From: Pseudomonadota bacterium
Lineage (GTDB): Bacteria > Desulfobacterota > Desulfovibrionia > Desulfovibrionales > Desulfovibrionaceae
Length of the DNA: 26,070 nt
Assembly: GCA_018822065.1 (NCBI GenBank)
Contig: JAHJKV010000170.1
Coordinates: 1-26,070, forward strand
Direction of reading: 5' to 3'
Each line of letters begins with the position of its first letter. Within the stretch, counting starts at the first letter, position 1. Positions 1-8,011 of this stretch are shown here, piece by piece. Made by a program: the position numbers and the translations under genes. Below the pieces are notes generated by a model. That model was given only the letters and a program-made list of their open reading frames with translations. It was not told the origin of the DNA and did not search any database.

Positions 1-2
1 CG

Positions 3-578
3 GGTACCTATACCTCGGACCAGAGGCTGGTAATCGATTCCGAATACCAGGCCATGGCCTCGGAAATAACCCGAATCGCCAATTCGACCGACTTCAACGG
101 CATCTATCTGCTGAACGGCAATCTGTCCTCATTTACCCATAACGGGTCCTCGTTGACATCCACAGGTCGTCTCAAGGTCCACTTTGGAACCGGCAACGAC
201 TCGGCAGAAGACTACTACTACATTCAGATCAGCACTTGCACGGCATCGGCCTTTGGTGTCGGTGGCGCGGCGGGGAACTCCATTTCCACGCAGCAGTTGG
301 CCCAGCAGTCGCTGGCCAAGCTGAAGAATGCAATCATCTCCAAGGACACTATCCGGGCAAATCTGGGCGGTACCCAGAACCGGCTTGAGAACACGATCAC
401 CACCATCGAGATCATGGCCGAGAGTCTCTCGGCAGCGGAATCGCGCATCTCGGATGTGGACGTGGCCACGGAGATGACCCAGTTCGTCCGCACGCAGATC
501 CTGACACAGGCGGCGGTGGCCATGCTCAGCCAGGCCAACTCTCTGCCCAGGATGGCGCTGCAGCTCATCGGCGGCTAA
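3..578 (+). CDS. fliC: Flagellin, C-terminal part (5' end lies outside the window)
   Basis: Frame is open from position 3 (GTYTSDQRLVIDSEYQAMASEITRIANSTDFNG). Flagellin C-terminal domain: IRANLGGTQNRLE...AESRISDVDVATEMTQFVRTQILTQAAVAMLSQAN. Stop TAA at 576-578. Confidence 0.97.
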   Translation, partial: GTYTSDQRLVIDSEYQAMASEITRIANSTDFNGIYLLNGNLSSFTHNGSSLTSTGRLKVHFGTGNDSAEDYYYIQISTCTASAFGVGGAAGNSISTQQLAQQSLAKLKNAIISKDTIRANLGGTQNRLENTITTIEIMAESLSAAESRISDVDVATEMTQFVRTQILTQAAVAMLSQANSLPRMALQLIGG

Positions 579-628
579 TACCGGAGAGCATAAGAACAGC
601 ATCTAGCGTTTGAAGCTGCTCCATAGGG

Positions 629-663
629 AAGGCGGGTCGTGTTTCAGGGACACGGCCCGTCTT
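629..663. terminator. Hairpin between convergent genes, probable terminator
   Basis: aaggcgggtcgtgt-ttcaggg-acacggcccgtctt: 14-bp stem including G-U pairs, followed by gtt on the + strand. Confidence 0.7.
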
Positions 664-686
664 GTTGCGTGAAAAAAAGGGAAGGG

Positions 687-1520
687 TTAGCGCTTGAGGG
701 GTCCGAGTTCTGTTTCCAGAACCTTATAGCCCCGTGTGAGGGCTCCGACGAGCTGTTTGATGTCGTTGAGCTCGAACAGACGCTTCATGCGGGTGCGTTC
801 CTGGGGAGTTTTGTTGTTGCTTTGAATATTGTTGATGATTTTCAGATATCGATCCGGTCCCATGGATTGAACTGAATCCAAGATGTCGTGCAGGGTTTCA
901 AAGGCGATCTGCTTGCAACGGATATCCTCATAGACCATGTGCCAGTCTGTGGATGTCTTGTTGTACTTGTAGTTGACCGTGAATTCTTTGACGATGGATT
1001 CAATGTCCTGGTTGCGCTCAACCATGGCCTGGTTTTCCAGTCCGAAGAGCACCGGTTTTGCCTGAAATTCGTCAATCTGGTCCAAGGTTCCTCGAACCGT
1101 GATCAGGAAATAGCGCATCAAAGGGCGGACAATAACCCCTTTCATGAATTTTTCTCGGCCCGCCTCGTCTTGTTTGCTGTGATCGCAATACAGCACCTGC
1201 TTCCGGTAGGCTTTGACGATGCCGTATTCCACGAGAAGTCGACCCAGAATGTCCTTCTGACGCTGGTTGGGTCGCAGGTAGGCCTCCAGGACGTCATACA
1301 TGACCTTGGAACATTCATGTTTGAATGTGTCCATGGTCTTGTATCCCACAAAGGCTTCGGAGATGATCTCAGTGGTTTTGGCCTTGGAAACGCCGAGTGA
1401 GCGCATCTTTTTTTTCAATTCGCCAGTAAAGATGAGGACCTGTTTCCGACAGGCTTTCAGAGCGAGGTCGTAGAGTAGTTCGTTGACGTTGGCGACGTAG
1501 CTGGGATCGTGTTCGCTCAT
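687..1520 (-). CDS. Hypothetical cytoplasmic protein, about 277 aa
   Basis: Long ORF. The start is placed at ATG 1520 (MSEHDPSYVANV) because the longer ORF overlaps the upstream EAL gene. No signal peptide or TM segment, and no motif recognised. Confidence 0.8.
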   Translation of the reverse strand: MSEHDPSYVANVNELLYDLALKACRKQVLIFTGELKKKMRSLGVSKAKTTEIISEAFVGYKTMDTFKHECSKVMYDVLEAYLRPNQRQKDILGRLLVEYGIVKAYRKQVLYCDHSKQDEAGREKFMKGVIVRPLMRYFLITVRGTLDQIDEFQAKPVLFGLENQAMVERNQDIESIVKEFTVNYKYNKTSTDWHMVYEDIRCKQIAFETLHDILDSVQSMGPDRYLKIINNIQSNNKTPQERTRMKRLFELNDIKQLVGALTRGYKVLETELGPLKR

Positions 1521-1587
1521 GATTGTCTCGATGCAAGAAGTGGCGGATTCCTGGGGTGTGTACCGTCTCCGGGAGATAGACGCAAGT

Positions 1588-2832
1588 CTAGTCTCCGTCC
1601 TTGGCAAGCACCGAGAGGACCCAACGCATGCCATCCGTGTACATGGTGTCCAGGGCTTCCTGGAGCAGGCCATGTTGTTGCGCGAATTCGGTCATGCCTT
1701 TGAAATCACCTTTCTCATAAGCCTCCACGAGTCTGAGGAGGCCTTGCAACTCGTTTTCCTCTCCCGTGAGGGCGCCGGCGACATCTTCATCCAAAGGCAG
1801 TTCCTTTAGAATAACATCCATCTCGATGCCCATGAGGGAATCGAGCAAGGAGAAAAGGCCTAGGGTGAAGAGGATGTCCGGAGTCTTTCCACCCAGGTCC
1901 AGTTCCTCACTGATGGTCTGGAGGAATTTTGCGCGGTGCAGGGAGAGGAAGGAAACTTCCTGAGCCGTAGGGGCCGGGTTCAGGTCCGAGAGAATGACCG
2001 CACGCAGCCACTGGGAAACCTTCAGCTGGCCGAGGAGGGTGGTTGCATGGGAAACGGATTCCACCTTGCGACTTATCCCCATCCCCGCAGAGTTGATGTA
2101 GCGGAAGAGACGATAGGAGAGGGCGGGGTCAGTGTTGATGATCTTGGCGAGTTTGGTCAGTTCGAAATCGGGATGGCTCAACTCCTTGAGCAGCTGGAGT
2201 TTGGCGGCCTCGTTGGCCGAGACCTTTTTGCCGGGAATGATCTCCGGTCGGCTAAAGAAGAAGCCTTGGAAGAGGTGGAAACCAAGTTCGGAACAGAGCT
2301 CAAAAGTGGCCTGGTCCTCGACCTTCTCGGCAAGGAGAATGAGTTTTTTGTTCGGCAAGCCATCCAGGGCGGCTCGGATCCGTTTGGGGTCAGCCTCGAG
2401 CGCCAGGATGTCCATCTTGAGGATGTCCACATGCTCCAGGAACGGCTTGAGTTCGTCCTCACCTGCGTAGTCATCCATTGCCAGGGTAAAGCCGCCCTTG
2501 CGAAGTCGGGACAAGGAAGCGAGTACTTCCGGGGTGGGGGAGACGTGTTCCAGTACCTCGACCACACAGGTTTCAGCGGGCAGGGCAAAGGCTGCGTCAG
2601 ACAACAGAAGACTTTCCGGAAAGTTGATCAGTGCGCGTTGTCCTTGTTCAATGCCGGGCAGGGCCATCGTGACACCGTCTGCGATGACCCGGGACGTCGC
2701 CATCTGGTCGTCGTTGACCATGGCAGTCGTGGCATCGCCAGAGCCCCGAAAGAGCAGTTCATATCCCCAAACTTTGCGATCTTTGGTGAAAATGGGTTGT
2801 CTGGCTACGTAGACCAGTTCAGTGTCGTTCAT
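1588..2832 (-). CDS. EAL-HDOD domain protein (YuxH/CdgJ-like putative c-di-GMP phosphodiesterase)
   Basis: VARQPIF...GYELLFR, VVEVLE, LAMDDY, LLAEKVE and FQGFFFSRP (EAL), then IINTDPALSYRLFRYINSA and LGLFSLLD (HDOD). RBS AGGAG. Confidence 0.92.
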   Translation of the reverse strand: MNDTELVYVARQPIFTKDRKVWGYELLFRGSGDATTAMVNDDQMATSRVIADGVTMALPGIEQGQRALINFPESLLLSDAAFALPAETCVVEVLEHVSPTPEVLASLSRLRKGGFTLAMDDYAGEDELKPFLEHVDILKMDILALEADPKRIRAALDGLPNKKLILLAEKVEDQATFELCSELGFHLFQGFFFSRPEIIPGKKVSANEAAKLQLLKELSHPDFELTKLAKIINTDPALSYRLFRYINSAGMGISRKVESVSHATTLLGQLKVSQWLRAVILSDLNPAPTAQEVSFLSLHRAKFLQTISEELDLGGKTPDILFTLGLFSLLDSLMGIEMDVILKELPLDEDVAGALTGEENELQGLLRLVEAYEKGDFKGMTEFAQQHGLLQEALDTMYTDGMRWVLSVLAKDGD

Positions 2833-2931
2833 GGTAACTCCTACCTTCAGAAATAGATGGTTCCGAATCCTACCTTGGAACCATGTATGATGCCAGAAAA
2901 TGATGGCACGTCGAAAATAGGTCAGCGGTTC

Positions 2932-4101
2932 TTAGAGGGCTCGTTCAAAAATGGCCGAAATGTCGCCGGGTTGTGGGTCCTGTGGGTTGGTGGCCATGCA
3001 GGGGTCGTTCATGGCATTTCTGGCCAGGGATTCGATATCTTCGGGTCGGACACCCAGTTCGGCAAGAGTGGAGGTCATTCCGACCGCTTTTTTAAAGGCC
3101 TGGAAGGCATTCAGGGTATGCTTGTGCTGTTCGTCCAGGGGCATGGCCGGGTCGATGTCTGCACCCATTGCCATTCCAATGGTCGCATAGCGTTCTGGGG
3201 CTGCTGAGAAATTGTAGTCGATCACGTGTTCAAGGAGGATGGCGTTGCATTGGCCGTGTGGCAGGTCGAGCAGACCGCCAAGGCTGTGGGCCATGGCATG
3301 AACGGCTCCGAGAATGGCGTTGGAGAAGGCGAGTCCTGCATACATGGACCCCAGCATCTGCTGGGAACGGGCCTCCAGGTTGTTCGGCTCGGCGATGGCC
3401 TTGGGCAGGTGCCGGGCAATGAGGTTGATAGCGTTGAGCGCAAAAATGTCCGTTACCGGCCCATTGGCGTTGGACACGTAGGCCTCCACGGCATGGGTGA
3501 GGGCATCGAGGCCCGTATGGGTGGTCAACTCACGACTCATGGACACGGTGAGGCTGGGGTCCACCAGGGCTGCGTCCGGGACGCCGGTCTTAGACACGAT
3601 GGCGATTTTCACCTTGCGCGCAGTGTCGGTGATAATGGCGAACTGGGAGACATCGGCTGAGCTTCCCGCGGTGGTGGGGATGCAGATGAGCGGTGGACTG
3701 GGGCGTTCCACCATGTCCACCCCCTTGAATTCAAGGATGTCCTGGTTGTTGCTGACCACGAACCCGATGCCCTTGGCGCAGTCCATGGGGCTGCCGCCTC
3801 CAACGGCCACGATGCCGTCACACTGTTCGGCGCGGTAAAGGGCGGCCCCGGCCATGACTTCATAATCTCGGGGGTTGGGACTGACCTTGGTGAAAGTCGT
3901 GATTGCAAGGTGCTTTTGTTGCAACGCTTTTATAACCAGATCGGTCCAGCCGCAGGCCTGGACACCAGGGTCGCTCACGAGCAAGACTCGGGTCATCCCC
4001 AGGTTGTCAGCGTATTGTCCTGCGAGGCTGGCGCTTTCTGGGCCAAAGACAAACTCCGGGGCGACAAATTTTCTGAGTTCCGTAAGTTGGGCTTGCACCA
4101 T
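2932..4101 (-). CDS. Iron-containing alcohol dehydrogenase family protein (ErcA-like)
   Basis: GGGSPMD, PTTAGSSA, GLDALTHAVEAY and AVHAMAHSLGG...PHGQCN show the Asp/His metal ligands. The N-terminus LRKFVAPEFVFG resembles ErcA-type proteins. RBS GGGAG. Confidence 0.93.
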   Translation of the reverse strand: MVQAQLTELRKFVAPEFVFGPESASLAGQYADNLGMTRVLLVSDPGVQACGWTDLVIKALQQKHLAITTFTKVSPNPRDYEVMAGAALYRAEQCDGIVAVGGGSPMDCAKGIGFVVSNNQDILEFKGVDMVERPSPPLICIPTTAGSSADVSQFAIITDTARKVKIAIVSKTGVPDAALVDPSLTVSMSRELTTHTGLDALTHAVEAYVSNANGPVTDIFALNAINLIARHLPKAIAEPNNLEARSQQMLGSMYAGLAFSNAILGAVHAMAHSLGGLLDLPHGQCNAILLEHVIDYNFSAAPERYATIGMAMGADIDPAMPLDEQHKHTLNAFQAFKKAVGMTSTLAELGVRPEDIESLARNAMNDPCMATNPQDPQPGDISAIFERAL

Positions 4102-4148
4102 GATGAGACTCCCTTGGTGTCGGCTGTGCGCCTGGTTGGACTAGGTCT

Positions 4149-5312
4149 TCAAGCTCGGGGCCGGTTGGTCTTGAGCCCGGGCAGCGTGAAGCAGAAAGAT
4201 GCCCCTGTACCCTTGCCTTTGGATTCTACCCAGATTCGGCCACCGTGGAGTTCCACTACCTGTCTGACGATGGTCAGCCCTACTCCGGTGCCATCCATTG
4301 AGGGGTCCAACTGATTGAATAAACCGAAGATATTCTCTTGGTGTCGGGGTTCAACGCCGATGCCTTGATCAGCAATGCAGATGACGAGTTCATTGTGTTC
4401 ATTGCAGCTGGCGGAAATGGAGATGAAGGCTGCTCCAATGGAGAACTTGACGGCATTGTCGAGCAGGAGGTTGAAGGCCTCCAGCAATCGAGTCCTGTTG
4501 CCGTAAACTTTGGGCAGACCTGGTCCGACGTCAATGTGGACGGTTTCAGGTCCAAATTCGTCGATTGTCTTGTTCTTGGCTTCTGTCGCCAGTTCGGCAA
4601 GGCTTACTGGTTCCTCCTGGAGCTTGATGCGCCCGATGCGGGAGAGGTTCAGCAAGTCGTTTAACAGGGCAAGCATCTGGTCCGCGCCTTCGTTGATGCG
4701 CTGGAGGTCCTTGCGCACAGCATCCACGTCTCCGCTTGCAATGTCTTCCGCGAGGAGGCCCGTGAATCCCTTGACCGTTGTCAGCGGCGTTTTCAGGTCA
4801 TGAGAGGCCGTGTAGAGGAATTGCTCCAACTCAATATTTTTCCGCTCCAGTTCCGCGATGAGCGCCTCACGTTCCGCTTGGGCCTTGAGCCGGGAGGAAA
4901 CGTCGCGGACCATGCAGACCATGTAGTCTGAGTGTGAGAAGGAACGGAACCAGAGGTTGGCTTCCACTGGGATGAGCCTGCCGTCCCGGTGTTTGAGCTG
5001 GGTGATTATCGGTTCCGTGATCCGTGGGAGCACGGTCAGCCCCTGTTCGAAAAGACTGAACAGGGAGCGCCTGTTCAGTTCGAGGCTGGAGTAGCCGGAA
5101 AGAGTGGTTGCAGTCTGGTTGGAATCCGCGATGTGACCTGTGGCCGCTTCAGCCAGGAAGATGGCGTCGGAGGCACGGTCGAGCACGTCTCGAAATCGTT
5201 CCAGTTCCGTCAGGCGTTTTTGGAGCTCCGGGTAGTAGCTCTTTTTGATGGACCGTTCGCCCAAGCCGATGAGGCGCTGGCGCAGGTCGCTTTTCTCTTG
5301 TTTGTCTGCCAT
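4149..5312 (-). CDS. Cytoplasmic PAS sensor histidine kinase with an ErcS-like N-terminus
   Basis: N-terminal LIGLGERSIKKSYYPELQ; PAS (RASDAIF...IPVEAN); H-box ASHDLKTPL; N-box DNAVKF; G1 DQGIG; G2 GTGVGL. No TM segment or receiver domain. Confidence 0.92.
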   Translation of the reverse strand: MADKQEKSDLRQRLIGLGERSIKKSYYPELQKRLTELERFRDVLDRASDAIFLAEAATGHIADSNQTATTLSGYSSLELNRRSLFSLFEQGLTVLPRITEPIITQLKHRDGRLIPVEANLWFRSFSHSDYMVCMVRDVSSRLKAQAEREALIAELERKNIELEQFLYTASHDLKTPLTTVKGFTGLLAEDIASGDVDAVRKDLQRINEGADQMLALLNDLLNLSRIGRIKLQEEPVSLAELATEAKNKTIDEFGPETVHIDVGPGLPKVYGNRTRLLEAFNLLLDNAVKFSIGAAFISISASCNEHNELVICIADQGIGVEPRHQENIFGLFNQLDPSMDGTGVGLTIVRQVVELHGGRIWVESKGKGTGASFCFTLPGLKTNRPRA

Positions 5313-5386
5313 GTCGACTCGGTGTGCCCAGAAGTGTTGGGATGCGGCCTGAGGTAGCGTTTGCTTACGTCAAACACATCTAGCTC

Positions 5387-5725
5387 CTATTGGAACTTGG
5401 GGTAGGCTGCGGCCGGGATGTCATACGTATTAACATTTATTGAGCCGTTATCATTTGAAATTTTCCAAATGTACGGGCCTTGTTGTTCGATATGGACCAT
5501 GTCTCCTATGTGTGCGGCCAGGCCGAGGGAGACGAGCTTGCTGGCCTTGCGGACACGTGCATTGAAACTCTTGGGCATATTTTCTTCCGTGAAGCGTGCC
5601 TCAGGGATAACTTCGGTCCAGTTGATCAGGGCCATGACGCGCATGTATTCCTGGGTCGGGGTGGCAGACGCGGTCGCTGCGGCAACGAGAAGCAGCAACA
5701 GGATGATCGTGGCAATTCGTGTCAT
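5387..5725 (-). CDS. Small secreted hypothetical protein, about 112 aa
   Basis: ATG at 5725 follows the RBS AAGGGGAG. Signal peptide MTRIATIILLLLLVAAATASA. Confidence 0.8.
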   Translation of the reverse strand: MTRIATIILLLLLVAAATASATPTQEYMRVMALINWTEVIPEARFTEENMPKSFNARVRKASKLVSLGLAAHIGDMVHIEQQGPYIWKISNDNGSINVNTYDIPAAAYPKFQ

Positions 5726-5810
5726 GAGATTTCTCCCCTTACGGATGTGGTCTTCCAATCACTAAAGCATAGTGAGGGCTTTCTGTCCATGTGTTCGGCT
5801 TTCTGCGCAA

Positions 5811-5837
5811 AGAAAAAGGCCGCTCGGTGGGCGGCCT
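5811..5837 (-). terminator. Rho-independent terminator after the downstream FecR gene
   Basis: Minus strand aggccgc-ccaccga-gcggcct-ttttct. Confidence 0.8.
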
Positions 5838-5843
5838 GGGTGG

Positions 5844-6710
5844 CTAGTCTTGTCCCGAGTGGTCGCTGGAGCTTGGCGCAGCCGGCTCAAGGGCATTTCC
5901 ACTGCCGCCGGTCACTCCTTGGGGAGCATCGCCTCCTCGCTCGAAGCCGGAGAAGTTTCTCCGGACATCCTTGGGCACATTCACATTGGTTTTGAATGTA
6001 GTCGGTTTGGCGAGCTGCCTGGACGGCGTGCCAATGGGCTGGGGATCGCTGGTTCCGGTTGCCTTGCTAACGTCGACGGATTCGCCTCGGTCCATGCTTA
6101 CGGTCTTGCCGAACCGGTCCGTGAAGGTCATGGCCCTTTTTGAGGTACCGTTCACATGCTGCGTGTTTTGGCTGGTGACGTCAGGTTTGACTTGGTGTCC
6201 CCAGGCAGATCCAGGACCGTTGATGTTGCTGTTCAGACTTTGCGAGTATTCCTCACTGTTTGAGAGCTCGGTCGTTGTCGTGCCCTCGGTTCCGCGGATG
6301 CCGATGGTTCCCAGTGGGGTTTCAAACTTGAATGCTTCCGGGTTTTTCTTCGTCACTTTGCCCGTGAGAAAGCGCATGCCACCGGCGATCATGTTTAAGT
6401 CCACGACATTGTTTTCAGATTCCTGCATGTCGAAGACGAACTGGCGGAGTTCCACCTCGGAGTTTTCATCCAAAGAGAGGACGGTGCCATCCTTGAATAT
6501 AACCTGGAGAAAACCTTTTTCTCCCACCGCGAGGACATCTTTGACGTAGAGTTTGCTGTCTCGGGTCAGAACCCTCTTTTCGCCATCGGCGATGGCCACG
6601 GCTTGCCCGGTGATGGCTTGCACGTCGCCTATCCTGTCCGTGTCGGTCCAGATCTGGAATGCTGAAACGCAGAAAACGAAAAAAAATAATGTGATGGCTT
6701 GTTTACGCAT
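5844..6710 (-). CDS. Secreted FecR-domain protein, paralogue A (about 288 aa)
   Basis: ATG 6710 with RBS GGAGGAG; signal peptide ending VSA; FecR motifs FKDGTVLSLDENS, GGMRFLTG and TPLGTIGIRGT; G/S/P-rich tail. Confidence 0.88.
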   Translation of the reverse strand: MRKQAITLFFFVFCVSAFQIWTDTDRIGDVQAITGQAVAIADGEKRVLTRDSKLYVKDVLAVGEKGFLQVIFKDGTVLSLDENSEVELRQFVFDMQESENNVVDLNMIAGGMRFLTGKVTKKNPEAFKFETPLGTIGIRGTEGTTTTELSNSEEYSQSLNSNINGPGSAWGHQVKPDVTSQNTQHVNGTSKRAMTFTDRFGKTVSMDRGESVDVSKATGTSDPQPIGTPSRQLAKPTTFKTNVNVPKDVRRNFSGFERGGDAPQGVTGGSGNALEPAAPSSSDHSGQD

Positions 6711-7692
6711 AGAAAATCTCCTCCGTGTTCCATGGCTATTCGAGTTCAAAGGTAGCAAGCAGTTGAGAAAGACTCAATTGTGAATGGTGCGATTGTCGTG
6801 GTCTGTGGTTTTCGACAGGTTTTGGAGGCGCTGACGGTGGGGTGACCGACCCGCGATCTACGGTCAGGAATTTCGGGTCACGGTCAGGGTCCGTTGGTGG
6901 GTGAACCGACACTCCCCCCGCCCCCGCTGCTGCTCGAGTTGCTCGAGGACGGGGTCAGTGCGCCATCGCCGCCGCCAGTTCCCGGAGTGTATCGTCCCCC
7001 GCCAGCAAAGCCGGGGAAGTGGGCGCGCACATCCTTGGGGATGGAGACAAAGGCCTTGAATCGGGTAGGCTTGGTGTCTTCGCGCCCGATGGGCGTGATC
7101 AGACGGGGGTCGTTGGTACCGGTTGTACTGCTTATAACCACCTCTTCGCCTCGGGCCATGCTCACGGTTTTTCCAAAAAGGTCAGAGAAGGTCATGACCC
7201 GATTAACATCCCCATCCACGTGCTGGGTGGTCTGACGGGTTACCTCCGGTGCAACAGCGTGGCTCCAGGTCGTTGTCGAAGCGTTGATGCTCATGTTCAG
7301 GCTTTGGGAATATTGCTCATCATTGGCGAGTTCCGTGTCCGTCGTGCCTTCGGTGCCACGTATGCCGATGGTGCCCAGCGGGGTTTCAAAACTGAAGGCT
7401 TCCGGGTTGTTTTTGGTCACCTTGCCCGTGAGAAAACGCATGCCGCCGGCAATCATATTGAAATCGACGAGGTTGTTTTCATCGTCCCAGGCGTCGAAGG
7501 CGAACTGGCGCAGTTCCACCTCGGTGTTTTCTTCCATGGAGAGGACCGTTCCGTCTCTGAAGATGACCTGGAGAAAACTTTTTTCTCCCACGGCGAGTAC
7601 TTCTTTGACATAGAGCTTGCTGTCGCGGGTCAGAATCCTCTTTTCTCCATCGGCGATAGCGACGGCCTGCCCGGTGATAGCTTGCACGTCGG
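6541..7692. repeat. Direct DNA repeat between the two FecR genes (about 6541-6627 versus 7605-7691)
   Basis: ttgacgtagagtttgctgtctcgggtcagaaccctcttttcgccatcggcgat versus ttgacatagagcttgctgtcgcgggtcagaatcctcttttctccatcggcgat. Similarity continues through the FecR domain. Confidence 0.85.
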
Positions 7693-7774
7693 CTATTCTG
7701 TCCTTGTCTGTCCATATCTGGAACGCAGAGAGACTGAGGATCAAGAGAAGGAAGAGAATGATTTTTTTATACAT
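6884..7774 (-). CDS. Secreted FecR-domain protein, paralogue B (296 aa)
   Basis: Signal peptide ending LSA; same FecR motifs (FRDGTVLSMEENT, TPLGTIGIRGT); Ser/Gly-rich tail. Confidence 0.88.
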   Translation of the reverse strand: MYKKIILFLLLILSLSAFQIWTDKDRIADVQAITGQAVAIADGEKRILTRDSKLYVKEVLAVGEKSFLQVIFRDGTVLSMEENTEVELRQFAFDAWDDENNLVDFNMIAGGMRFLTGKVTKNNPEAFSFETPLGTIGIRGTEGTTDTELANDEQYSQSLNMSINASTTTWSHAVAPEVTRQTTQHVDGDVNRVMTFSDLFGKTVSMARGEEVVISSTTGTNDPRLITPIGREDTKPTRFKAFVSIPKDVRAHFPGFAGGGRYTPGTGGGDGALTPSSSNSSSSGGGGSVGSPTNGP

Positions 7775-7923
7775 GTTGCACCAATTGTTGGTCTTATGCC
7801 TTGAAAAAATGGAATTGGCAACCAGCCCGATAGCGCCTTGAAGGGGATGAAAATGCTTTTTGGGGAGGACATTCGGTGAATGTCGAGTTGAACGAACGTG
7901 ATCAGACGCAGAAGTGCTGACAT

Positions 7924-7937
7924 TTGACCCAGGTCAT
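7924..7937 (+). promoter_or_regulatory. Crp/Fnr-family (HcpR-type) candidate site upstream of hcp
   Basis: TTGAC-ccag-GTCAT, one mismatch to a TTGAC-N4-GTCAA palindrome, ending 74 nt before the hcp ATG. Confidence 0.6.
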
Positions 7938-8011
7938 ACTCGGCCGTCCCGATCTTGGGTAGTTCCTCGGTCAGGACATTTCTTTCACCCAAAAGACCAA
8001 GGAGTACCCAC

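Noticed and set aside
6679-6686. 8-nt homopolymer in the signal-peptide codons of FecR paralogue A (7 nt in paralogue B) as a phase-variation tract
   Set aside because: Short, explained by Phe and Lys codons, and both frames are intact.
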